Assembly: GCA_028023455.1 (NCBI GenBank)
Contig: JAQFVV010000009.1
Span: forward strand, 9,858,001-9,922,000
From: Epiperipatus broadwayi
Lineage: Eukaryota; Animalia; Onychophora
DNA length: 64,000 nucleotides
Reading direction: 5' to 3'
Below, piece by piece: positions 53,235 to 64,000 of the stretch. The number at the start of each line of letters is the position of its first letter. Position 1 is the stretch's first letter. Below the pieces are notes generated by a model, which worked only from the letters and a program-made list of their open reading frames with translations, was not told the origin of the DNA and did not search any database. The position numbers and the translations under genes are program-made.

Positions 53235-53974
53235 AATATGACTATTGTATAAAACAAAGAAATATTAAAATAATATAAAACCTTATTGCCAAGTGCTTTC
53301 AACTTGTTTGAATTCTTATCAATGCTGTACAAAAATTGTTATACTCTACTAAGCAATAAACTCAAACATTTCATTATATCAGCCAGGAACAACTAATCAG
53401 AAAACTGGTTAACTTTGCATTAATAGCACTAGAATAATTTTTTATAGCATAAGACTCTTTGATCTTACGTTTTTTATGTGTTTCATACATTAATACACTA
53501 AACTCTCATGGCCAACATACATGCCCTGTAATACTTTAATAAATATAAAGCTGAATAAATTGTACCAACCTCCATTGACTTCTTATACGTATATTTATAT
53601 TGTTAAAATTGATACTTAATATTTGTTCAACAATATAAAATAAATATACATATAAGAAGGCAATGGAATATGATACAGTTTATTCAGCCTTCTATATTGA
53701 TCAAAGTATTATAGGGCATGTATGTTGTCCATGAGACTTTAGTGTATTAATGTATGAAACACATGATAAAAAATGTAAAATCAAAGAGTCATATGCTATT
53801 AATGCAAAGTTAACCAGTTTTTCAATTAGTGGTTTGCGACCGATGTTTGAGTTTATCACTTAGTAGAGTATAACGATTTTTGTACAGCCTTCATAAGAAC
53901 TCAAGCAAATTGAAAGTGTTTATCAATAGTGTTTAATATTATTTTAATGTTTCTCTGTTTTATATAATCGTATT
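53235..53974. repeat. Roughly 740-bp imperfect palindrome (fold-back element)
   Basis: The arms match almost to the centre near 53620, for example AAAACTGGTTAACTTTGCATTAATAGC / GCTATTAATGCAAAGTTAACCAGTTTT and TGTTTCATACATTAATACACTAAA / TTTAGTGTATTAATGTATGAAACA. Confidence 0.92.
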
Positions 53975-54365
53975 GTTAGATTTTATTTATACTTAATAAA
54001 AAAAAAAATTGAGAAATATAAAACAAACAACAATGATCTTTAATTTTTTCACACACAAAAAAAGTGATTAAAGCTGCATGTAACATGAGTACAAGTTGCA
54101 GCACTATTTATCACTAAATGGTTAAAGGAAACTAATGAAATTTACTATCTTTTTCCTTTCCTGAATGTATTTCTTAAACCATGAAAAAATAAGATAAGAA
54201 TAAACTTTTACATTACATTGAAGTCATGAACTATGCTATATTTTGTTCTAAGCCTGCCAAAATGTACATTATAATTATGTATAATAGCTGTTTTGTTGGC
54301 AAACTTTGATAACAATATAATAAGTATTGTTTATTGTACAGTCATTTTCAACATGCATACATATA

Positions 54366-55238
54366 CACCTGGGTCTCATTTTATGCGGTAGATAGGTTCC
54401 TCAGAAAATGCTCACAAAAGAAATCACACAACTTATCTTGAAAAATGGGGGATATGTTCCAGTAATTTTCAGAAATTGCATAAAAGCAAAGCAACAAGGA
54501 AAAATTACTTTAAAATTAGCATTAAAAAAATAAGGAAATAAATTATGACTAATAAAAAATTTCAAATATTTGAAAAAAATTAATACAAGACAAACTTTTT
54601 TTATTAACTACAATATTTAATTTTATATTTTTTTCATACATATTTTAATTATTACCGCTATTTGAGAATATGCATTCATTTGTGAATCAGATTCATGATG
54701 TATGTGCAACTAGCGCCACTTTCATTCTTGTGCTGTGTTAATGGTTTTCTGTTTTTATATTAAAAAAATGAGATCGCAATCAAAACAAAAAGATTATACA
54801 TTATCATTAGAAAGATTATTTTCAGTTTATAAAATCAATAAAATCTTCGTTATTATTTATTTTAAAAATCTAAAAAATATTTATTTCTGTTAATATCTAA
54901 TAAATTACATTTTAAAAGTTTAAAATTTTTGAATACTTATTGTTATACATACATATAAATCTATTATTATTATTTACTCATTAGTATAAATAGGTTATTT
55001 ACATAGAAGCTAAGATTCTAAATACAGCTTCAGGCCATATTCATGTTACCTGCTAATATAATGTTATATTTTTGAGAAAAAAAACAACAAACTATTTCAA
55101 CTCAAAATAAGTTATTAATAATTTAAATTCCTTGATATCTAATAAATATAGTGAAATATGAAAGATATTAAGAAGACACATGAATTGCATAACTTCAAAA
55201 TCGCATTAAAATAATCCACATAAAATGAGATCCAGGTA
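54366..55238. mobile_element. Tigger/pogo-like MITE, copy 2
   Basis: TA|CACCTGGGTCTCATTTTATGCGGTAGATAGGTTCC...GAGATCCAGGTA|TA. Shares about 400 bp of 5' sequence and about 80 bp of 3' sequence with 5914-7016. Confidence 0.85.
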
Positions 55239-58200
55239 TACTGTATTTAATGAACACTTTTTATGTATATATTATGCATTTATAAAATATGATTGTAATA
55301 TAAACAAAATTTTTAAATAATAAAAATAAATCGATAAAGTACATTTACATATATTTACAATCCTATGTGAATGTGTTCAATCATTCACATAAATTTAAAA
55401 AAATAAACTTACTTTCTGCTGCATACAAAACTGTCAATCAGAATGTTTTTTTGATTCAAAATATTTAACCATAGATTTAAAGCTTTTTCCATTTTAATAA
55501 TAAAAAAATTTGTTTGTTAGTTACACCTTTAGCTGTTTCCCTCTATAATTTCTCTGATTGAAGATTCATTCTTTTGAAACATAGGACCCACTTCCAAATA
55601 CAAATTATCTTTCATTACTAAATCAATCATTTTCTCATTTAATGAAAATAGTTTGACTTTTTTTATTATTTATAACTCACTGTTCTACAAAATATTTTAT
55701 GAAACGTATATATAGCATACAAAATAAAACTTTCTGGAAAAAAAAAATGCAAAGAAAAAATTCTGTGCATGTGCTTACAACTAAGGTATTGAGATATATT
55801 TAAATCATAAATAAAACATGATTAAATAAATTCACATTTGGGATTTGATAATGTTACATTTACCAGAAAACAAAATGCTGCCACCATATGAAGATAAAAT
55901 GTAATTAAATAAATTCATATTTGAGAATGTAATATTTAGCTAGAAAAAAAATGGCTGGCATCATGCTGAGATTGTAAATTTCAATGTTTTTATTATTTGT
56001 CTGTTTACTTTTGAAGTCATGTATTCTGGTATAACATAGCTGGTGGCTTCACTCTATTTTAAAGAATGAAACAAAAGTTAGAGTGAAGCCATTTTCATTC
56101 TCAATTTATTTCTAAATGAAATTTTTTGATAACTTTTTTTTTTTTTGTCAGCATTATTTTAATAAATGCTTATCTTTTTTTGATTAGAAAAAGTTTCATT
56201 TATGGAGAGCTATCAAACACAAAACATGAAATTCTAAAAAAAAATAAAAAAAAAATTATTACATTCCTTTAAAACAAAGATTGTAACAAAATTTTAATAG
56301 TTTAACCATCTAGATTTATTTTTATGGAAATAGATTGCCAGATAACATTATTATTATGATTACATTGTTTTAATAATTTGATTAATTACCTTCTTAAATT
56401 AGAGTAAGATCACAGATCTGGACAATTGTATAACTTCCCCCCCCCCCTTAAGCTCATAGATCATCACCTCAAATCTGCTTATTGATTTACTTCTGACAAA
56501 GGAATCATCACCCACTATATACAAATTTTTTTTACAAATTCATCATAATTTACTATGTAACTTTATGTATTTTATTTTTTGAAACTTGTCATCTTTCCTT
56601 GCTTGATTTTATCATTTTTAAAAACATTGTCTGTTATATACATCTTTAAAAGCAAGTCAACAATATCTTTAGTTGTATTCTTTTCTAAATTCAATCATTT
56701 TTGATCTTATTATATCAATATTTTGATGCTTTTCATCACTAGAGCCAATGGATGGGCATCAGGTAGTAACATGGAAATTCAAAATCCAATCTGTTTGTTT
56801 AGTTATTAGTTGGACATTAGGTTAGCAAAAATTTATACTTCTGTAACACTTTATTATAAACTACCTGTAGGCACACTTGACTTTTAAAAAAAGGGTTGTA
56901 TACACCAAAGACAAAGCTATAAGTATATTCAGTCTTTATTTATTGGAAACAGTCTTTTTCTTCTGAATCCAGTGTTCATACAGTGATCTGTTTGAATTAT
57001 CAGCCAATATATATTGCCTAATCAGTTACAGTTTGAACAACAACAACAAAAAAAAATTACTTCTGTGGATTAAATACAGATTGCAGTAATATCTTTAAAA
57101 AAAAAGATGATTATATAGTTTGTTGGCAATACTAAACTTAATCTTGATAAAAATAAAATGATAAAAATTAACACGATCCTCAATGAAAATTCAAATATCA
57201 TCCTGGAAACTCTAATGAACAGAATGAAGCTATCATGAAGTTATAACTTTAAATTATTAAAATAACTTGATCTATGCAATGCTACATTTTTTTTTTTGCA
57301 TTTAAACATACACTAGTGATTATTATTAATTATTTATTAGACTAGAAATTATAATTTTTAACTCAGACAACTTTAAACTCAATAAAAGATTAGTATATCT
57401 ATTTTTATTAAATGCAATCACAATTATTAATCCAACATCATTTTTTTTTCCTATGGATAAAATATTAGATATATTTAAAATATCTATTCCATCATGCACT
57501 CTTGAAACAATGAATAAAGACATCTTAAAAAGATAAAACTGAAGAGTGATAGTTTGGCCAGAAATTCATCTTGGGTGTTATTTACTTTTTCAAATATTTT
57601 TATTCAGATTTAAAAACAAGGTCTTTTTTTAAAAAATCTTGTTAAGTAGAAAAGAAGCCATGATTACAGATTACATAAATGTAGGATCTAGCACTAAATA
57701 TTACCATTTTCAGATGCACTTTAATTAGTTAATACAAAAAATAAAACCTTACAACTTAATACCAGACCAGATTTAAACATTACAGGTTATTACTAAAAAG
57801 AAAAAAAAAGTTCCTAATATTACTCTTCTCCAGGCTTTTTATCTTAATAATTCTGGAATTATGGGCAAAACATTTACAAAAACATAATGGCAATAGTAAA
57901 GAATAAAGTCATGGAAGCACTGTTAGCTGTGGAGTGCAGAGAGAAATATGCAATTTTTATAGGAAGATTGTCAATAAAAATATCAGAAAATTAAAACTTA
58001 AATTTATTAAGTTTCAAACCGTTTTAAGATTTTCTGTATTTCTTACTTATAAGTTGCTCAGGAGGTTATGTAATAGTTGAGCATTTAATTTTGAATTGAT
58101 TAATTAATTGAAACCCTCCCCCCTTCTTTCCAAGATTGAGAATTGATTGAGTCGGAATCTTTTTAACATTTGAATTTCCAGATTATTAGCTAAAGCCTTC

Positions 58201-59576
58201 AGGTAATATCCTATATTATTTCTAAAAAAAAAGTTTGTTGATAATTGCTTATTAACAAAAAGTTAAGAGTTGATAAATTAATCAGTGCAAACACCTATTT
58301 TTACACCTGCATTTTTTAATCATAAAAAAAAAAAAAAGACTGGATCTTTTACAGACCCAAGACAAACAGAAAGGTGATCCTCTTATATGATCTTTTATCA
58401 TATACATAATAAAATCTATAAAAATTAAGATCCAGCACAACATTAGTGTAGTGAATTCAGAAGCTAAAGATACTTGGATACAACCAGTTACTTAGAATCA
58501 ATTGCGAATAGATGTATAACAACAATAGAATTGTCACTTTGTCCCAATAGTTATATTTTGATCAAATATTATAATTATGTACTTCTTTATCAAAATAGTA
58601 AAAACTTTGTACATATATAGTTCAAATCTACATGAATATTGATCATTTTACAGTAACTATTAAGAACTAAATGATCTCCAGTAATTCTCAAATGCATTAT
58701 TCAAAGTCTCACTGATCTGAACTTTATAATAAAATTTAGTTAATGTATTGTACACTGATCCCTTTTTTTTCTTCTTTTTTTTAAAAAAAGAAAAATGCAA
58801 TGAAAGAAAAATGAAATTTTATTAATGTTCATTTATCAATTTGGTAATTTTATTAGAAAGCTTTTAGTTAAAGCCATTATGCTTTTTTTTTTTTTGTCAA
58901 TACTTGTTATGTTATTAATGGTTAAACCACATTGAATGCAATTAAAATTAGAAAATCCTAATACACATGAACACTAACAAAAATGTAAAATGTTGATTTT
59001 TTTTTTTTTTTAATATTTAGCCACAAACAAATTAACATAGAAAATAATTACATATTTTAAAATGTGCTGCAATAGTTGACTTTGGCAGACATCACGATCT
59101 TTAATGTGAGAGGGGGGGGGACAACCATATCAATCTTTCATATAAAAATTTCTTATATATTGTACCGGTATAAATCCACCACGCTTAGAACATGGACTAA
59201 ATTCTTACAGTTAATGATATATAAGTTTATTAGACTCTAGATACTGGACGGTCATTTAGGTAACGTATATATTTAAGTTGCCCATACAGACAGAAAATGG
59301 CTAAATAAACTTAGAGAGTAATAAGGTGGAGGACACAAAGATTAAGATTAAATAAAGTGTTTAATAAGCAAAATATAAAGCATATAATATAGTGTTAAAT
59401 AAGACAAATAGAAAGCACATGAATATAGTGTTATATAATAGAAATATACAGCATATAAATATAGTGTTATACAGTACGGTAAGACTTCATAAATCCTCTT
59501 GTATTTGGCTACTAGTCTTTAGTGAACGTTTTATTTAATGAACAAACTCATGCCAATAGCTGGGTAGTTAAATAAT

Positions 59577-60192
59577 TGACAGGTGGTTAAGAGAATCAGA
59601 GTATTAGAGCATTGAAAAAAATATTTATCTAAAGATTTTTGTTTACTTATTTTATTTGAATAGGCTCGAGCCGGAACGTAAACGAACAGTGGAGATGGTT
59701 TTATATAAATACGACATAAGAGATAGGTGAACTGGTGGTTTTATATAAATGCGACGTGGAAAATAGATGAACTGGTGGTTTTATATAAATACGACGTGGA
59801 AAATATATGAACTGGTGGTTGCCTATATTCAAGAGCCCTACAGTAATCAATTGCGGTGCATTAACGGAATACCGGGCGGCTTGTTCTTTGACAAGGCTTA
59901 ATGCCCCCAAGTAGTTCCGGGACACGACAACCAGCCGGGTCATTTCGAACCCCGGTGATCCAAGAGATTACCGGGAAAGAAAAAAAACTGCTTTCATTCC
60001 CCAATGGTAGAATGGCGAGACGCTGACTTCAGCGAAGGGAAGGCATTGCCACAGACGTGAAGGACGAATACTTGAAGCGGATTTTTTAAAAGAAATTATA
60101 TAAAACCTGGAAGCTATTAGTCTGTTTCTACGCCACAGGCTGAGATCCTTACCCCAATAAAACGTAGCGGACTTAAACTGACGGTGACAACA
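59577..60192 (+). mobile_element. Possible solo LTR
   Basis: CpG-rich island with TG...CA ends and ATAAT on both sides (59572-76 and 60193-97). Contains internal tandem repeats, TATAAAA near 60098 and AATAAA near 60156. The TSD is AT-rich and could be chance. Confidence 0.35.
59695..59820 (+). repeat. 40-bp tandem repeat (about 3 copies)
   Basis: TTATATAAAT recurs at 59701, 59741 and 59781. The unit is GAACTGGTGGTTTTATATAAATACGACGTGGAAAATAGAT. Confidence 0.92.
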
Positions 60193-60699
60193 ATAATTAG
60201 TTAAATTTACTCTGAAACTCTAACCCTTCGGGTTGACAGGCGGTAGCGATAGTATCAAATTACGCAATGAATTATTTCTCATATTATACATAACATTAAT
60301 GAACACTTTGAAACGATTATATATATATTTAAGATTGAAACTTGGATTGTAATTTTATAACAACTGAACATAGAATAATAAAGTGATTTAACATTTACTA
60401 ACTCAGAATGTGAAAGAATATTTAATTCAGAACATGAAATTACTTTTAAATTAAATTGATCATTATTACACACTAGTTTACACAGATTTGGAAATATTAC
60501 TATTGGCAATGTTTGTTTATGAAATAAGCAACATAAGAAAATATAAATGCATTCAGTTGAAATATTATTACTATTAATTACAATTTTATAAATGATTTCT
60601 AAAGACTAGAGCAGAGGATTAAAAAGGAAAAGAAAATTTACTGACAGGTTAAACAAAAGCATTATAAATGATATAAAAACTTACATATGATTTACTTGA

Positions 60700-61600
60700 T
60701 TAATAATATTAAGCACGGAAGAAAATTAAAGTTCGTGTAACAAAGTTCTCTTTTTCTTCATCCAGCTTGGCTTGTAACGTAGGCGCGCATTTTTGAAAGT
60801 TATTTGTAAGGCATAGTAAATTTTGAGATTGGAAGTTGGAAATTCTGAAGTATATGAAACATGATCAAACAGCGGCACGAGGATCCATATTGGCAGGCAG
60901 AGACCAGCTCCTGGCAATTAGCCCATGAACATGGCGATTCACTGGTAAACTTCTTAATAAGATATTTGAATTGTTATTAACTGCTGTGTTGTCTCGAGAC
61001 TACCTCTCTCAAACACGACCAAAGTTAGAAAGCAAGTTTTTTCTAGAATTTGCCACTGCTGACCTTTCCGACTTGTTTTTGTTTTAGGCTCCGCCTACTT
61101 TCTCTAGCCTTTAGCGATGCAGCTTGACCAACAATCAATTATCTGTTTTTAGCAATCTTTTAATTTAATATCCTATTTTTAAATCGATACAGTAATTACA
61201 TATCAAAATTCCTTACTAATTTTGACTACAACTTAATTGCTCTGAACATTTGTGCAATTAGATTTTAATTAAAACACTGATCAAAGGAATGTGATTTTTG
61301 ATCAGTATTTTTAAACGACTTTATACAATTTAAAAAAAACCAAAATTCAAATAAATACGCCCGCACTGACACTTTAAATTAATTGATACCAATTCGCAAA
61401 CCACGCACACACAAATATTATTTCATGGTTTGCGACATTTAGACGGAATCTTTACATATTGACTGATAAACTATAAAATATATAACTAATTTTTGTTATA
61501 AATTAAAATAGACAAAATCTCACTGCGGGCGAACAGTGGTTTGAATTACCGTACATAAAAACACCTGAAACGAAGATCGGTTCTCCGATCTGTCTGTTTC
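60700..61600. promoter_or_regulatory. CpG-retaining region, possible promoter or first exon
   Basis: Many CpGs in an otherwise depleted window and no TE coding motif recognised. A strong minus-strand donor (AT|GTAAGT) lies near 60680. Confidence 0.3.
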
Positions 61601-61799
61601 AATATGTATATACTTATATAGAGAGGAAAAAAACAGGAAATATGAATAAAATATTTTACATCAAACAATAAAATATATATTATAAAATTTTCAAACAGTC
61701 TATTTTTTCTGATCTAAAAAATATGGGGAAAAATATTTAAATGAATTATTTTTTAAAAGGACAACATTATTTACATGTAATCCAGAAAAGACAGACACA

Positions 61800-63300
61800 A
61801 TAAGATCTGGAGTCTTTTAAAATCTTTAGGGATTCAATTAAGATTTCAGTACCCATCCAAGCCCAATTTTATTTGTCTCCTAATTCTCTCAATGTTCTTG
61901 ATAATATTTGTTTCTTCTTCATCTATACATTTCATTTTCAATCCTCTTTATCAATTCCAATGTAGTATCATCCTTTATACTTTTCTTTCCATATAGCTGT
62001 TATACTTAATGTCCATGTATCAAATTTATTAATGACCTCATTTATTAAATATCTTTTTTTCTGATACTAGATGCACCTTTCTTTTACAACTAAATAATTT
62101 TTACTAAAATTATTACATTCAAACTTAATTTTATTATTAGCTCAATCTATTATAAAAAATAGCATAAACATCTCTGAATCATTTGTTTCTTTTAATGAAT
62201 AAATCAAAGAATAAAAAAGAACAAAAAATTAAAATGCAAAATAAGTTTTATTTATGGAAATTTTATATTGAATGTTTATTTTCAGTTTGCAGCAAAATTA
62301 GCAGTTATACTTCTTTTAAATGTCAGAAACTTTTCAATTATAATAATAATTATGCAAGTTATTTATAATTTTTTCTTATTCAATAATATCAATTTTTATT
62401 TTCTTTTTTCTTAACCCATTGCAACTTACTTTAAACTTCTATCTTATTTTTTGTGTTCATCTGAGAGCTCTTATAATATTGAAAAATTGAAGCCTTATTT
62501 GCAAAAGCAATCACATGACTTTAGTAATCTTTCAATGATATTTAAACTTTTTGCTTTTCATTTTCATCTATAAAATATTTTTCTTAAAAACTGCTAAAAA
62601 GTATGGAGAGAATGACTGCACTACACAAAAGAACTGTTCCGTTTTGATGAACATAGTACTGTATTGTCTTTAGGGAAAAAATATAAAAACATAAATAAAT
62701 TACTTGTCATAATTTTAATCATTGTTTTAATCTTTGAAAATAGTTACACAGTGCAGACTAACTAAGTTTTGATTCTTTCTAAAACTGAATATACTGCGTT
62801 GTCATTAAAGAATTTCTCCTAGTTTTTTCTAGTTAAGAAATTTATAATAATTAAAAAAAGATCATAATTTGTATATAAATAAATAAGGTCCTATATAATA
62901 GCAAAATACTCAAAATACTTTTCAGATATAGTTAAGCTTTTACATAGTGTTCATATACTGGAAACAAATATCTTTTTAATCCATGAGATATATCATTAAT
63001 AATAAAGTTTCATCCTTCTGTCAATTTTAAGCAAAAAATATTCTTGCTTGAGTAGTTATAGTCATGCAAGAATACTGTCAGTAAAGTATATATGACTAAG
63101 CCATTAAGAATACTTAATCCTCATCATTAGTCTTTGCCAATGATTTTCATGTATCCTTTACTAATATTACAAAATCTTACATTCAGGATTTCTCATTTAC
63201 ACAATTATATATAGTTAATGCTTTTTGATCTTTACTGAATACAGTCATTATCCTTGAAACTACCTATTTTGAAACATTAAGTATTTATTGTTTTAGGGCA
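61800..63300 (-). mobile_element. Old decayed RTE copy on the minus strand
   Basis: The reverse complement matches patches of the intact RT: GCTTTTGCAAATAAGGGCTTC, GAGCTCTCAGATGAA, GATACATGGACATTAA and GAAATCTTAATTGAATCCCTAAAGATTTTAAAAGAC. Confidence 0.6.
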
Positions 63301-64000
63301 ATTATGAATTGACCAATCAAGTATCAATTTAATCTTAGTTAAACCCAAGACTCCTTTTACAAACTTACAAATCTATTATCTTCCTATCATATATGTTTTA
63401 CCCTTTTCTTAAGTTTTTATTTTAAAAATAAAGAAAAACATATTCCCATTATTTTGTCTATTATATATAAATTCAAGCACATACAGTTAAAAATATTTTG
63501 AAAATTGACACCTTCTACATTAGCTACAACATTCTGGCATATCAAAATGCCATTAAATCATTTTGCAAGTGATAAGCAAATTAAAATAATTTATATCTTT
63601 AAGAATGTGTATAAATTCTTAGCAATAAAAAAAAGTCCTTAAGAATTAATTCAGCAATATAAAATTATGCCATTTAACAGTTTGTCAAAAGTTGGCTTTG
63701 CTGAAATATGTATTAATTAATTACATTAATAGTTATTTCTTATTATTATTATATACATCGTTCCAACATTCAGTGACAATAGCCACATTAGATGACCAAA
63801 TAATAAATTTAAGATAAACACAAAACAAATTAAAAGAGAATTGCAAAAATCTTTTGGAGAGATTTATTTAAGTTACTAACATTTCATATATATATAAATG
63901 CATAAAATTATTATTAAAACCAGAAATAAAGATAGCTACAAGAAAAAATAAAGCAATTCAAGTGTTAATTAATGAAACAACAACAAAAAGCTTAGGATCT

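Noticed and set aside
59695-59820. CRISPR-like array
   Set aside because: The whole 40-bp unit repeats, with no unique spacers, no cas genes and a eukaryotic context.
61574-61591. AGATCGG...CCGATCT resembling an Illumina adapter
   Set aside because: Only 7 bp match on each side and the diagnostic AAGAGC is absent. Treated as a genomic hairpin.
1148-62368. Remaining short ORFs (60-100 aa) in the ORF track
   Set aside because: They are rich in F/I/L/K/N/Y as expected from random AT-rich DNA and carry no domain motifs.

Overview
Very AT-rich (about one quarter G+C by eye), strongly CpG-depleted eukaryotic DNA, most likely an animal intron or intergenic region. An arthropod with CpG methylation is a guess from the TE mix, not something shown. 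I see no prokaryotic features and no host gene that I can name. The window is a layered transposon graveyard. Retroelements: one near-intact RTE LINE (about 32.0-35.26 kb, with one frameshift and one stop between the endonuclease and RT), older copies of the same family, a second RTE-subclade 5' fragment, a 5'-truncated L1/Tx1-clade LINE, a Vingi/Ingi-like LINE and a Penelope (RT plus GIY-YIG) remnant. DNA transposons: two hAT (Charlie/Buster-like) remnants, a non-autonomous Merlin-like element with a perfect 8-bp TSD and two Tigger/pogo-like MITEs. Other features: several long fold-back elements, a tRNA-Gly(TCC) pseudogene and a possible solo LTR. A few short minus-strand segments have strong splice signals and may be exons of a large-intron host gene. 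The leads most worth testing are the structured 5' region of the RTE, the roughly 740-bp palindrome and other fold-backs, a 3.9-kb modular inverted structure, and the candidate exon chain. I found no convincing wholly new biological system.
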